The position numbers were made by a program, and so were the translations under genes. Of a DNA stretch of 64,000 nucleotides, positions 37,342-47,759 are shown piece by piece (position 1 is the stretch's first letter; each line of letters opens with the position of its first letter). The notes under the pieces were generated by a model, which saw only the letters and a list, made by a program, of their open reading frames with translations, made no database searches and was not told the origin of the DNA. Origin of the DNA: Candidatus Eiseniibacteriota bacterium. GTDB lineage: Bacteria > Eisenbacteria > RBG-16-71-46. The stretch is taken from contig JBGPFC010000001.1 of NCBI GenBank assembly GCA_041483195.1, positions 32,001-96,000 on the forward strand. Direction: 5' to 3'.

Positions 37342-39866
37342 ACCGGCTCGCGCGCCTCGCACTGCTCACGCTGGTGCTCGCCGCGGCCGCGCCCGCGCAC
37401 GCCGCGCCCGCGGCGCCGAGCCCCACGCCGGAGCCGCGGCTGGTGCGCGTGGCGATCGGGCCATCGCTCCCGCTGAGCGCGCTGCTCGAGGCCGGGCTCG
37501 ACGTGATCGCGGCGCACGGCGAGCGCGACGCGATGGTGTTCGAATGGCCCGGCGACGAGCGCACGCTCGCCGCGCTGGGCGCCTCGCCCGAGCTGGTGGA
37601 CGCGACGCCCGGCCGCACCGCCGCGCGCCGCGCGCTCGAGGAGCTGGCCTCGCACGCCGCGCCCCCCGCGCGCCGCGTGCGCAGCGCGACCGGCCGCGAT
37701 GGCGTCTATCGCGCGCAATCGCTGCCCCCATTCGGCTCGGGAAGCATGGGCGGGTACTGGACGCTCGACGAGGTGAAGATGAAGCTCGACGACCTGGTCG
37801 CGAGCGACGCGGGGAGCCTGGTCGCCGACAAGATCGACACGCTCGGTTACTCGGTGCTGGGGCGCCCGATCTGGGGACTGCGCATCGCGCATGAGATCAG
37901 CGGTCCCGACGGGCGCCCGGTCACGTTCTACAACTCGCTCACCCACGCGCGCGAGCCGGGCGGCATGCAGTCGCTGTTCTACTTCGTGGACGACCTGCTG
38001 GCGGGCTACGGCGGCGATCCGTGGAAGACCTCGCTGCTCGATCACCGCGCGATCTACATCGTGCCGGTGGTGAACCCCGACGGCTACCAGATCAACGTGG
38101 ACGTCTGGAACGCGAGCGGGCATACCGGCTTCGGAAACTGGCGGAAGAACGCGCGCGACAACGACGGCAACGGCTCGCACAACACGGGAAACGACGGCGT
38201 CGATCTCAACCGCAACTTCGGCTACAAGTGGAACTTCAACAACGTGGGCTCGAACGGCGCGATCTCGGCGGAGACCTATCGCGGCCCCTCGGCGTTCTCC
38301 GAGGTCGAGACCCAGGCCCAGCGCGACCTGGTGATCGCGCTCCAGCCGAAGACCGCGCTCTCGTTCCACACCTACGGCGATTACTTCCTCCATCCCTGGG
38401 GCTGGACCACGACCGCGCCCGACGACTCGATGATGTTCTACGAGTGGAACGACGAGTGCACGATCGGCAACGGCTACCATTCCGGCGAGGCGCCTCGCGT
38501 GCTCTACGAGGTGAACGGGGAGTTCAACGACTGGTGCTACGGCGAGACCGTGCTCAAGCCCCGGCTCTACTCGTGGACGCCGGAGGCCGGCAACGACAAC
38601 GATGGTTTCTGGCCGCCGCAATCGCGGATCGTCGGGATCGCCGCCGAGAATCTCCGCAAGTGCTACACGGTGGCGGCGATCGCGGGGCCCTACGTGCGCC
38701 TCCAGAGCTCGAGCCTCTCCGAGGGCTATCTCGCGGCCGGCAACCTCGCCCACCTCGGGGTGCGCGCGCGCAACATCGGGCGCGACGCGACCGGGGCGGG
38801 GCTGGTCGCGCGCCTGGTCTCGCTCGATCCCGGCGCGGTGGTGCTGGCGCCCGGGCCGATCGCGTTCCCGCCACTCGGCCCGTTTCAGAGCGGCGACCCG
38901 GCCGGCGGCGCGAGCTTCATGGTCTTTGCGCGCGATTCGGTCACGCCCGGGCGCATCGTGCGCTTCCGCGTCGAGTTCACGACCGCCGCCGGCGAATACT
39001 CGCGCGACACGGTCGAGGTCGCGGTGGGCGTGCCCACGGTGCTCGCGAGCGAGGACGCCTCGGGCGGCGCCGGGGCCTGGTCGGTGGCCGGCAGCTGGGG
39101 GATCGTGATCGACGACCCGCGCCATCCGAGCCGCTACTTCGCCGACAGCCCGGGCGGACTCTACGCCGCGAACACGAACGCCGCGCTCACGCTGCGCTCG
39201 CGGCTCGATCTGTCTGGCGCGCTCCACGCCTACGCGATCTTCGACACGCGCTGGGACTTCGAGACCGACTACGACTGCGAGATGATCGAGGCCAGCCTCG
39301 ACAGCGTGCTGTGGAAGCAGCTCCCGGGGCGAGCGCCCGTGCCCGGCCTGTTCTCGCCCCAGCCCGCCGGCCAGCCGGTGTACGAGGGCGCGCGCTGGCT
39401 GTGGAAGGAGGAGCGCGTCGATCTCTCGGGCTTCGCCGGGCCCACCGCGAGCGCGGTGCGCTTCCGCTTCCGCTCGCGCGCCGATGGCCTCGCGCAATAC
39501 GACGGCTTCAACTTCGACTCGCTGCGCATCGTGCTCTACTCCACCACCTCGCAGCCCGCGCCGGTCGCGGTGGAGACGGCACCCGCCCCCGCGCTCGAGT
39601 TCGCGCCGCTCGCGCCCAATCCGGTGCGCGGCGAGGCGCGCTTCGCGTTCGCGCTCCCCGCGACCGGCCCGGTGCGCCTCGAGGTGTTCGATCTCGCCGG
39701 CCGCAGCGTGCGGGTGCTGCTCGATGGAACGATTCAGGCGCAGCGCTACCACTTCGGCTGGGACGTGCGCGATGGGAACGGGCGAGTGGTGCCGCCCGGG
39801 ATCTACCTCGCGCGCCTCGGCAGCGCGGCCGGCAGCATCACGCGCCGGTTCGCCGTCCTGCGGTGA
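37338..39866 (+). CDS. Secreted M14 zinc carboxypeptidase (carboxypeptidase T-like) with FlgD-Ig/T9SS-like C-terminal domain
   Basis: HAREP, VNPDG, WRKN, GVDLNRNF, SFHTY; tail WDVRDGNG..PGIYLAR..RFAVLR. Confidence 0.92.
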   Translation: MNRLARLALLTLVLAAAAPAHAAPAAPSPTPEPRLVRVAIGPSLPLSALLEAGLDVIAAHGERDAMVFEWPGDERTLAALGASPELVDATPGRTAARRALEELASHAAPPARRVRSATGRDGVYRAQSLPPFGSGSMGGYWTLDEVKMKLDDLVASDAGSLVADKIDTLGYSVLGRPIWGLRIAHEISGPDGRPVTFYNSLTHAREPGGMQSLFYFVDDLLAGYGGDPWKTSLLDHRAIYIVPVVNPDGYQINVDVWNASGHTGFGNWRKNARDNDGNGSHNTGNDGVDLNRNFGYKWNFNNVGSNGAISAETYRGPSAFSEVETQAQRDLVIALQPKTALSFHTYGDYFLHPWGWTTTAPDDSMMFYEWNDECTIGNGYHSGEAPRVLYEVNGEFNDWCYGETVLKPRLYSWTPEAGNDNDGFWPPQSRIVGIAAENLRKCYTVAAIAGPYVRLQSSSLSEGYLAAGNLAHLGVRARNIGRDATGAGLVARLVSLDPGAVVLAPGPIAFPPLGPFQSGDPAGGASFMVFARDSVTPGRIVRFRVEFTTAAGEYSRDTVEVAVGVPTVLASEDASGGAGAWSVAGSWGIVIDDPRHPSRYFADSPGGLYAANTNAALTLRSRLDLSGALHAYAIFDTRWDFETDYDCEMIEASLDSVLWKQLPGRAPVPGLFSPQPAGQPVYEGARWLWKEERVDLSGFAGPTASAVRFRFRSRADGLAQYDGFNFDSLRIVLYSTTSQPAPVAVETAPAPALEFAPLAPNPVRGEARFAFALPATGPVRLEVFDLAGRSVRVLLDGTIQAQRYHFGWDVRDGNGRVVPPGIYLARLGSAAGSITRRFAVLR

Positions 39867-41038
39867 GCCCCCCGCCCGACGGCCCGACCCCGCGCCCGAC
39901 CTCGTTGCCGCCTTCCGCCACACGCCGCCCGCGATTGCTGATGGTGGGCCCGCTGCCGCCGCCGATCGGCGGCGTCGAGACCTTCATGCAGGCGCTGCTC
40001 GAATCGTTCGCGTTCGATGGGTTCGAGGTCGAGCACTGCGACACCACCAAGGGCCGCCCCAAGGACACGCAGGGCAAGTTCGATCGCGGCAACTTCGTGT
40101 GGGCCGCCCGCCACCTCGCGCGCATGGCGCGCGCGGTGGCGAGCTTCAAGCCCGAGCTGATCTATCTGCCGGTGGCCGGCACCTGGTCGGGCTTCCTGCG
40201 CGACATGGCGCTCGCGTGGGTCGCGCGCCGCGGGCGCGCGCGGCTGGTCGGCCACGTGCACGGCAGCGATTTTCACTTCGTGCTCGATCGCGGCGGCCTC
40301 GATGCGCGCCTCACCCGCGCGGGCCTCGCGCAGTTCGACCGCATGCTGGTGCTGGGCGAGCGATCGAAGCAGCTGCTCGAGCGTTTCGGCATCGCCTGCC
40401 CGGTCGAGGTCGTGCCCTCCACGTTTCGCAGGGAGGTGTTCGAGCGCGGCAGCGGCGCGCGCCCCGCGCCCTCCGCCGACGGCGTGTGCCGCGGCCTGTT
40501 CGTCGGACAGGTCGGGCGGCGCAAGGGCGTCTTCGACCTGCTGCGCGCGGTCGCGCGCGTGCGCGCGGCGGGCGTCGCGTTTCACCTCACGCTGGTGGGG
40601 CCCGCCGAGCTCGAGGGCGAATGGGACGCGCTGCTCGCGCTGCGCAGCGAGCTGGGGCTCGAAGCCGCGACCGAGTTCACGGGCGCGCTCCAGGGCGAGG
40701 CGCTCTACGCGCGCTTCGCGGCCGCCGACTGCTTCGTGATGCCGAGCTACACCGAGGGCCTGCCGGTGGTGCTGTTCGAGTCCGGCGCGTTCGCGGTGCC
40801 GGTGATCACGACCCCGGTGGGCGCGATCCCCGAGCTGGTGCGCGACGGCGAGAACGGGTTGCTGGTCGAGCCCGGCGACGTGGAGGCGATCGCCGATGCG
40901 ATCGCGCGCATGGCGCGCGATGGCGCGGCGCGCGAGCGCATGGGCGCGAGGCTGCGCGAGGACATCCTGGAGTTCCACCCCGATCGTGTTTGCGAGCGCG
41001 TGGCGCGCGCCCTGCAGGCCACGCTGGAGGCGAGTTGA
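39863..41038 (+). CDS. GT4-family glycosyltransferase
   Basis: GPLPPPIGG, RRKG, PSYTEGLPVVLFE, GAIPELV..GENGLLV. Confidence 0.92.
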   Translation: MSPPPDGPTPRPTSLPPSATRRPRLLMVGPLPPPIGGVETFMQALLESFAFDGFEVEHCDTTKGRPKDTQGKFDRGNFVWAARHLARMARAVASFKPELIYLPVAGTWSGFLRDMALAWVARRGRARLVGHVHGSDFHFVLDRGGLDARLTRAGLAQFDRMLVLGERSKQLLERFGIACPVEVVPSTFRREVFERGSGARPAPSADGVCRGLFVGQVGRRKGVFDLLRAVARVRAAGVAFHLTLVGPAELEGEWDALLALRSELGLEAATEFTGALQGEALYARFAAADCFVMPSYTEGLPVVLFESGAFAVPVITTPVGAIPELVRDGENGLLVEPGDVEAIADAIARMARDGAARERMGARLREDILEFHPDRVCERVARALQATLEAS

Positions 41039-42903
41039 GCGGCGCGGGCTGGAGGTTCGCGCGGCTCGCCGCGATGTCGCCAGGCGAGATCGCCCATCGC
41101 GCGCGCGTCGCGCTGCGCGATCGCCTCTTCCCCCCCGCCTACGCGCGTTGGACGCCCGGGGAGGCGGGCGCGCGGCTGTTCACGGGCGGCGCCGAGGCCG
41201 CGTGGCGCGCGAGCCGGCTCCCGCGGTGGGCGCCCGCGCTGGGGCCGCCGGGCGCGCTCCACGCAGCTTTCGACTCAACGCTCGCCGCGGGCCGCGAGTT
41301 CGATGCCGGACGCGGGACGCTGTTCGGTCACACGATCACGCTCGACGATCCCCCGCGCTGGAACCGCAACTACGTCTCGGGCGCCGAGTGGCCCGATCTC
41401 CCGAGCGCCGCGATCGACTACCGGCGCGCCGACATCGCGGGCGGCGCGAAGGCCACGTGGGAGCTGGGGCGATTGACCTCGCTCCCGACGCTCGCGCTCG
41501 ACGCGCGCATCGAGGGCGATCGCGCGTCCGTCGCGCGCGCGATCCGCTGGCTCGACGACTTCACGGCGCGCAATCCGCTCGGGCACGGCATCCACCACAC
41601 CAGCGGGATCGAGATGGCGCTGCGCGTGATGACCGTGAGCTGGACGCTGGCGCTGCTCGGCGACGAAGCGGCATCCGCGCGGCTTGCGCCCGATCTCGGA
41701 CTGCTCGCGCAGCAGGCGCTCCACTGCCGCGATCACCTGAGCCTGGGATCGAGCGCCAACAATCACCTGATCGCCGAGCACGCCGCGATCGTGACGCTCG
41801 CCGCCGCATTCCCGTTGCTGCGCGATGCGGAAGGCTTGCTCTCGCGCTCGCTCGCGGCGCTCGAGCGCGAGACGCTGCGTCAGATCCATGCGGACGGCGT
41901 GCCCGCCGAGCAGGCGTTCGGCTACCTCCCGTTCGTGTGGGAGCTGTTGCTGGTGCCGTTCGTCGCGGCCCATCACGCGGGCCGTGAGGTCTCACCGGCC
42001 GTGAAGGACCGGCTGCGCGCCTCGCTCGAGTTCGCGCGAACCATCCGCCTGCCCGGCGGGCGCTGGCCCCAGATCGGCGACGAGGACGACGGTCGCGTGC
42101 TGCTCGCGGAGGAGGGCCATAGCCGCCTCGACCGGGTTGGCAACGCGCTCGCGGCGTGGCTCGACGCCGACGCGCTCAGCGACACCGATCCCGCGCTCGC
42201 GCTGCTGCTCGCGGGCCGCGCCCCGCGCCCCGCGCGCGCCGCGGCGGACGGGCGCCGCGAGCTCGAAGCGGGCGGCTACACCGTGTGGCGCGAACGCGGG
42301 CTGCTCGTGACGTTCGACCATGGCCCGCTCGGGCTCGGCAGCATCGCGGCCCACGGCCACGCCGACGCGCTCTCGGTCACCGTGTTCCGCGGCTTCGATC
42401 CGCTCGTGATCGATCCGGGCACGCTCGCCTACCACGAAGATACCGCGGCGCGCGATCGTTGCCGCGGGACCCCGGCGCACAGCACGGTGAATTTCGCGGG
42501 CCGCAGCCAGAGCGTGATGCGCGGTCCGTTCCTGTGGGGACCGCGCGCGAAGGTGCGACCCGCGGAGGATGGATTCGAATGCGCGTGGGCCACCGGGGAA
42601 GTGCACTGGCGCCGGGTCGAGGTCGACGGCGATCGCATCACGCTTCACGACCGCGCGAGCGGACGAGATCCCGAGATCGTGTTCGCGCTCGCTCCGGGCG
42701 CCGAGGCCGAGCTGTCGAGCGCCGGCGCCACGGTGCGCATTGGACCATCGCACGCGACGTTCGAGGCCGAGGGGCTCGAGCCGTGGCGCAGCGAGCCGGC
42801 CGAGGCCGCGCCGCGCTTCGGTTCGCGCGCGGCGAGCGAGCGGCTCTGCGCGAAGATTCGCGGCGCGAGCTGCCGCACGACGATTACTGTCGCCGCGCGC
42901 TGA
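41035..42903 (+). CDS. Heparinase II/III-family protein
   Basis: KATWELGR, SANNHLIAE, GDEDDG, HGHADALS, DPGT, AHSTV. Confidence 0.88.
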   Translation: MSGAGWRFARLAAMSPGEIAHRARVALRDRLFPPAYARWTPGEAGARLFTGGAEAAWRASRLPRWAPALGPPGALHAAFDSTLAAGREFDAGRGTLFGHTITLDDPPRWNRNYVSGAEWPDLPSAAIDYRRADIAGGAKATWELGRLTSLPTLALDARIEGDRASVARAIRWLDDFTARNPLGHGIHHTSGIEMALRVMTVSWTLALLGDEAASARLAPDLGLLAQQALHCRDHLSLGSSANNHLIAEHAAIVTLAAAFPLLRDAEGLLSRSLAALERETLRQIHADGVPAEQAFGYLPFVWELLLVPFVAAHHAGREVSPAVKDRLRASLEFARTIRLPGGRWPQIGDEDDGRVLLAEEGHSRLDRVGNALAAWLDADALSDTDPALALLLAGRAPRPARAAADGRRELEAGGYTVWRERGLLVTFDHGPLGLGSIAAHGHADALSVTVFRGFDPLVIDPGTLAYHEDTAARDRCRGTPAHSTVNFAGRSQSVMRGPFLWGPRAKVRPAEDGFECAWATGEVHWRRVEVDGDRITLHDRASGRDPEIVFALAPGAEAELSSAGATVRIGPSHATFEAEGLEPWRSEPAEAAPRFGSRAASERLCAKIRGASCRTTITVAAR

Positions 42904-42933
42904 CGCGCGGCGCCCGCACGCCGCGCACCGCCC

Positions 42934-43830
42934 TTACGTTCCGTACCTGACGCGTTTCTCGAGCCGCGTCCAGCGCTCGTCGGTCTCGTCCTGGATGTGC
43001 GCGACCTGCGCATCGGTCAGGTGCTTGAACCGGCCCTGGCGCCGCACGTACTCGATCACCGGATCGCCCGGGTGGTCCATCGTGAACCGCCATTCGCGCC
43101 CGTGCTCGACCTCCATCAGCGGGAAGATGCGGTTGAGGACCGCCATGCGCGCGAGCGCGATCGTCTCCTCGTCGGAGGTCTTCCAGCCCGGAGGACATGG
43201 CGCGAGGATGTGGATGAAGCGCGTGCCGCGGATGCCCCTCGCCTTCTCCACCTTGGCGATCAGGTCGGCGGGGTAGGCGACCGAGGCGGTCGCCGCGTAG
43301 GGAATGCCGTGGGCCGCGAGGATCGCGAGCATGTCCTTCTTCGGGTGCGATTTCGGCGTGCCCGCCGGGGTGGTCGTGGTCCACGCGCCCCAGGGCGTGG
43401 ACGATGAGCGCTGGATGCCGGTGTTCATGTACGCCTCGTTGTCGTAGCAGACGTACAGGATGTCCTCGTTGCGCTCGGCGGCGCCCGAGAGCGCCTGGAG
43501 TCCGATGTCGAACGTGCCGCCATCGCCCGCCCACGCCACCACCGTCGTGTCGCGATCGCCCATCACGTCCAGCGCCGCGCGGATGCCGGAAGCGGTGGAC
43601 GCCGCGGTCTCGAACGCGGTGTGGAGGAGCGGGACGCGCAGCGAGGACTGGGGGAACGGCCCGGCCACGATCGTCCAGCAGCACGCCGGCAGCGCGACCA
43701 TGGTCTTGGGCCCGAGCGCCTTGAGCACGAGGCGCATCGCGATGCTGCCGCCGCAGCCGGGGCACGCGAGGTGCCCGGACGCCATCAGCTCCTCGGAGGG
43801 AACCAATTCCTTCAGCGGGATCTGGCTCAT
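42934..43830 (-). CDS. porB: 2-oxoacid:ferredoxin oxidoreductase beta subunit (TPP-binding)
   Basis: ACPGCG, GDGGTFDIG, YDNEAYMNTGIQRS, APCPPGW. Confidence 0.92.
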   Translation of the reverse strand: MSQIPLKELVPSEELMASGHLACPGCGGSIAMRLVLKALGPKTMVALPACCWTIVAGPFPQSSLRVPLLHTAFETAASTASGIRAALDVMGDRDTTVVAWAGDGGTFDIGLQALSGAAERNEDILYVCYDNEAYMNTGIQRSSSTPWGAWTTTTPAGTPKSHPKKDMLAILAAHGIPYAATASVAYPADLIAKVEKARGIRGTRFIHILAPCPPGWKTSDEETIALARMAVLNRIFPLMEVEHGREWRFTMDHPGDPVIEYVRRQGRFKHLTDAQVAHIQDETDERWTRLEKRVRYGT

Positions 43831-44999
43831 GGCTTCACCCCCACCCACAGGTCCTCGCGCTCCGCGGCCCGGTCCTTCCCGGCCGCCGTCCGCGCGCGCT
43901 CGATGCAGTCGAGAATGGTCGCCGGCGTCACGTCGCGGCCTCCGAGGCCCACGATGAACCCGTGAATCGCCGGCCGCTGCTTCTCCGGCGCGTCGTAGAG
44001 CGCGGCCCGGATCTCCTCGGCGAAGATGCCGCCGTGGCCCGGCGAGATGTTGCGATCCAGCACCGCGACCCGCGGGATACCGGCGAGCGCGCGGCGCAGC
44101 GCCTCGGTCGGGAACGGCCGGAACATCTTGACCTTGATCAGCCCGACCTTCTCGCCCCGCTCGCGCAGCTGGTTCACGACGTGGCGGGCGGTCGACGTGA
44201 TGGTGCCCGACGTGACCAGCACCAGCTCGGCGCCCTCCGTGCGGTAGCACTCGATCGCCCCGTAGCGGCGGCCGAAGCGGCGGCCCCAGTCTTCGTCGAT
44301 TTGGCCGAACGACTCGCGCGCCTGATCCATCGCCTCCTGCTGCCGCAGGCGGATCTCCATGTACACGCCGGGCGTTGTGAGCGCGCCGTAGGCGTGAGGA
44401 TCGGCGGTGTCGAGCTTGTGCCGGGCCTTGCGCGGCGGCAGGAACGCGTCGACGTCCGCCGGATCGGGAATGTCCACCGGCTCCGAGGTGTGCGAGAGGA
44501 AGAACGCGTCGAGCACGATCATGACCGGCAGGTCCACGGACTCCGCGAGCTTGAACGCCTGGATCGTGCTGTCGAGCACTTCCTGGTTGGTCTCGCAGTA
44601 GAGCTGGATCCAGCCGGTGTCGCGCTGCGAGAGGCTGTCGTTCTGGTCGGTCCACACCGTCCAGCCCGGCGCCATCGCGCGGTTCACGTCCGCCATCACG
44701 ATCGGGAGCCGCGCGCCGCCGGCCCAGTGCAACAGCTCGTGCATGAGCGCGAGACCCTGCGACGACGTGGCCGTGAACGCGCGCGCGCCGGTCGCGGCCG
44801 CGCCGATGCAGGCGGCCATCGCAGAGTGCTCGGACTCCACCTTGATGAAGCGCGCGTTCAGCTCGCCCCGCGCGCACACCTCGGACAGCTCCTCGACGAT
44901 CTGGGTCTGGGGCGTGATCGGGTACGCCGCGATCACCTGCGCGCGCGCGAGCCTCACGCCCCACGACACCGCATGGTTGCCGACGATGACCTTCCTCAC
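43827..44999 (-). CDS. porA: 2-oxoacid:ferredoxin oxidoreductase alpha subunit
   Basis: YPITPQT, VESEHSAM, TATSSQGL, GLGGRD. Confidence 0.92.
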   Translation of the reverse strand: MRKVIVGNHAVSWGVRLARAQVIAAYPITPQTQIVEELSEVCARGELNARFIKVESEHSAMAACIGAAATGARAFTATSSQGLALMHELLHWAGGARLPIVMADVNRAMAPGWTVWTDQNDSLSQRDTGWIQLYCETNQEVLDSTIQAFKLAESVDLPVMIVLDAFFLSHTSEPVDIPDPADVDAFLPPRKARHKLDTADPHAYGALTTPGVYMEIRLRQQEAMDQARESFGQIDEDWGRRFGRRYGAIECYRTEGAELVLVTSGTITSTARHVVNQLRERGEKVGLIKVKMFRPFPTEALRRALAGIPRVAVLDRNISPGHGGIFAEEIRAALYDAPEKQRPAIHGFIVGLGGRDVTPATILDCIERARTAAGKDRAAEREDLWVGVKP

Positions 45000-46831
45000 A
45001 GGCCCTCCCTCGTCATGGTCATGGCGCCGCGCGGGCATTCCTCGACGCACAGGCCACAGCCCTTGCAGTACTTGTAGGACAGCGAGAAGCCGTGCCCGCT
45101 CTCGTGGGGCTTGATCGCCACGTCCGGGCACAGGATCGCGCACACCTCGCAGTTGTTGCAGACCCCGCAATTGAAGCAGCGCTCCGCCTCGGCCACGGCC
45201 TCCGATGGCGCGAGCCCGAGGTTGGCTTCTTCGAACCCCGGCGCACCCTGCGCCGCCTCGCGAATCCGGTCGGGGCGGCTCGGCTCGTGGGTGAAGTACG
45301 CCATGTTGAGCATGGAGAACGGCACGACCTCGTTCAGCTCGTTGGTGCGCTGCACCGGATCGTCGCCACGCCAGCGCGTGATGCTCACGTTTCCGGTCGC
45401 CCCGTAGCGGAGCGAGGCGCCGTCGAGATCGGGCAGCGCCTCGCCGGCGCGCCGCCGCAGGTAGTGGTCGATGCCGATCGCGACGCGCTTGCCGGAGCCG
45501 AGCGAGTGCGCCACCGTGCGCGGCTGATCCGTGACGTCGCCGCCCGCGAAGATGGCTTCGCGACTGGTGCGGCCGAACGCGTCGGCCTTGATCACGTACC
45601 CGCGCCGATGGAGATCCTGCGGCAGGAAGTCGACGTCGGGTTCCGCGCCGAGCGCGGTGAGCAGCGTGTCGGCCGGGATCACGAACGAGCTGTTGGGCAC
45701 CGAGACCGCGCGCCGCGCGCCGCCCGCGCCCGGCTCGAGCGGCTGCATGCGGACGCACGCGATGCCGACCAGACACGGCGCGGCCTCCTCACCCGCCGCA
45801 TCGAACATCCCTTCCATGGCATCGAGCGGCCGCTCCTCGTCCGGGTGCGTGGCCACCTGAAGTCCCACCGGACGCACCGAGAACTCGAAGCGCACGCCCT
45901 CGCGGATCGCGTTCTCGATCGCCTGAGGATCGGCCGCCATGTCCTCACGCGCGCCGCGGAACACGACGACCGGCTCGCGGCCCATGCGCCGCGCGGTGCG
46001 CGCGCAGTCCACCGCGAGGTCGGTGCCGCCCACGATCACGACCCGGCGGCCCGGCGGCTCGCCGTTGCCATCGCTGACCTCGCGCAGGAAGTCGAACCCG
46101 GAGCGGACCGCCGGCAGGTCGGCGTGCTCCCACGCGTGGCCCTCGTTCTCGCGCGCGCCGATCGCGAGGAAGATCGCGTCGTAGCGCTCGAGCTCGCGCC
46201 ACGCCACCTCGCGGCCCACGCGCCGCCCGCACTCGATCGCCACGCCCGCTGCGCGGATGCGATCGATCTCGCGCGCGAGCACCGCGCGCGGCAGCTTGTA
46301 CTCGGGCACGCCGTGGCGCAGCCAGCCGCCCGGCTCCGCGTCGGCTTCGATGATGGTGACGGCGTAGCCCAGCCGCGCGAGGTGGTATGCGCACGCGAGG
46401 CCCGCCGGCCCGGAGCCCACCACGACCACCTTCTCCTTGCGCGCGGGGACCGTGCTCGCGGCGCGCGTGACCTGCTTGTAGTCGCCCAGCATGCGCTCGA
46501 CGGCGTGGATGTTCACCGCCTCGTCGAACTGCCCCCGGCTGCACGCGCCCTGACACGGATGCTCGCACACCCGCCCGGTGGTCGCGGGCATCGGGTTCTC
46601 GCGCAGCAACAGATCGCGCGCCTCCGCGACCTTGCCCTCGCCCAGGAGGTTCATGGTGCCTTCGATGTCGATGCCGACCGGGCACCCCGCATTGCACGGC
46701 GCGATGCGGTCCTGGTAGATGGGCTGGATGTATTTCCACGACCCGGTGCGGTTCGAGAGGGTGGACGCCGAGCTCACGGCGATCGTCGGCACCCCGTGCG
46801 CGATGTCGGGCTCGACCCGGTCATCCGGCAT
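44996..46831 (-). CDS. GltD/SudA-like FAD/Fe-S oxidoreductase fused to a PorD-like 2x[4Fe-4S] domain
   Basis: PorD-like N-terminus NRTGSW, PCNAGCP, GRVCEHPC, GSGPAG; C-terminal CFNCGVCNNCEVC..CP and CKGCGLCVEECP. Confidence 0.88.
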   Translation of the reverse strand: MPDDRVEPDIAHGVPTIAVSSASTLSNRTGSWKYIQPIYQDRIAPCNAGCPVGIDIEGTMNLLGEGKVAEARDLLLRENPMPATTGRVCEHPCQGACSRGQFDEAVNIHAVERMLGDYKQVTRAASTVPARKEKVVVVGSGPAGLACAYHLARLGYAVTIIEADAEPGGWLRHGVPEYKLPRAVLAREIDRIRAAGVAIECGRRVGREVAWRELERYDAIFLAIGARENEGHAWEHADLPAVRSGFDFLREVSDGNGEPPGRRVVIVGGTDLAVDCARTARRMGREPVVVFRGAREDMAADPQAIENAIREGVRFEFSVRPVGLQVATHPDEERPLDAMEGMFDAAGEEAAPCLVGIACVRMQPLEPGAGGARRAVSVPNSSFVIPADTLLTALGAEPDVDFLPQDLHRRGYVIKADAFGRTSREAIFAGGDVTDQPRTVAHSLGSGKRVAIGIDHYLRRRAGEALPDLDGASLRYGATGNVSITRWRGDDPVQRTNELNEVVPFSMLNMAYFTHEPSRPDRIREAAQGAPGFEEANLGLAPSEAVAEAERCFNCGVCNNCEVCAILCPDVAIKPHESGHGFSLSYKYCKGCGLCVEECPRGAMTMTREGL

Positions 46832-47447
46832 GTTGCACCTCCGAGTGGCTGATCCGAACCACGGCGGCGGCCGCCTCGCGCGCCGCCTCGATGTTCCGCT
46901 CCGCGTGGGCCGCCATCGTCTCCGCGATCGCGGAGCAGATGGCCTCGAGTCCCACCACCCCCGAGTCCGCGGCGAACGCGCCGAGGATCGCGGTGTTCAC
47001 GACCGGCTGGGTCTTCGAGCCGAGGCCCCTCCGGCGCGCGATCCCGGAGGCGTCCACCAGCGAGACCCGGAAGCGCTTCGTCAGGTTCGCGTAGGTCTCG
47101 GGCGCCCGGTCGGAGTTGATGAGGATCGAGCCGCCGGCTTTCAGCCCCTGCGTCACGTCGATGGCCTTGATCAGCGTGGGGTCGAGGATGATCAGGTCGT
47201 CCGGCTCCTGGATCTCGCAGCGCAGCAGGATCTCGCCGCTCGAGTATCGAAGGAAGGCCGTGACCGGCGCGCCGCGGCGCTCGACGCCGAACGCGGGGAA
47301 CGCCTGGACCGAGCGCCCCTCGCTGAACAGGGCCGATGCCAGAACCTTGGAGGCCAGCACCGCACCCTGCCCGCCCCGGCCATGAATGCGAAGTTCGCGC
47401 AGATCGCTCCGGGTGCCGGACCCGGCGGTCGCGGGTGAATCACTCAT
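46821..47447 (-). CDS. porG: 2-oxoacid:ferredoxin oxidoreductase gamma subunit
   Basis: IHGRGGQGAV, FGVERRGAPV, NTAILGA. Confidence 0.92.
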   Translation of the reverse strand: MSDSPATAGSGTRSDLRELRIHGRGGQGAVLASKVLASALFSEGRSVQAFPAFGVERRGAPVTAFLRYSSGEILLRCEIQEPDDLIILDPTLIKAIDVTQGLKAGGSILINSDRAPETYANLTKRFRVSLVDASGIARRRGLGSKTQPVVNTAILGAFAADSGVVGLEAICSAIAETMAAHAERNIEAAREAAAAVVRISHSEVQHAG

Positions 47448-47543
47448 GGCTCGCCTCCAGGATGGACCTGGCCCTCGCGGCCGATTCCGCGGCAGCGGGA
47501 CGGCCGGTCGAGAGCGGCGCATGGAATGCCGGGGCGGGTAGGG

Positions 47544-47558
47544 GCACGTTCCGTGCCA
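47544..47558 (-). promoter_or_regulatory. Sigma54 (-24/-12) promoter TGGCAC-GGAAC-GTGC
   Basis: Correct GG-N10-GC spacing about 100 nt upstream of porG. Confidence 0.7.
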
Positions 47559-47759
47559 CCCAGGGGGGTGGGGAGCGCGGGCGTCGCGGGGCGGATGAAT
47601 CCCGCTGGTGCCACGGCATTGGCATCGTCGCGAGCCGCGGCGGAGAGGGCCGCGGTCGTGGCTCGCGCGGGCGCAGGCCGTCAACCTGTCAGTCGGCCTG
47701 CCGAATCCGGAGCCTCATCGCGCCTCGAGCTGAGGCGCCCGGGGAGTGTCGCACCGCGC

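Noticed and set aside
36930..42903. Very long overlapping and antisense ORFs (e.g. 37017-39923, 38021-41038, 39484-42903)
   Set aside because: Stop-poor alternative frames expected at this GC content; real starts were reassigned using motifs and stop/start overlaps.
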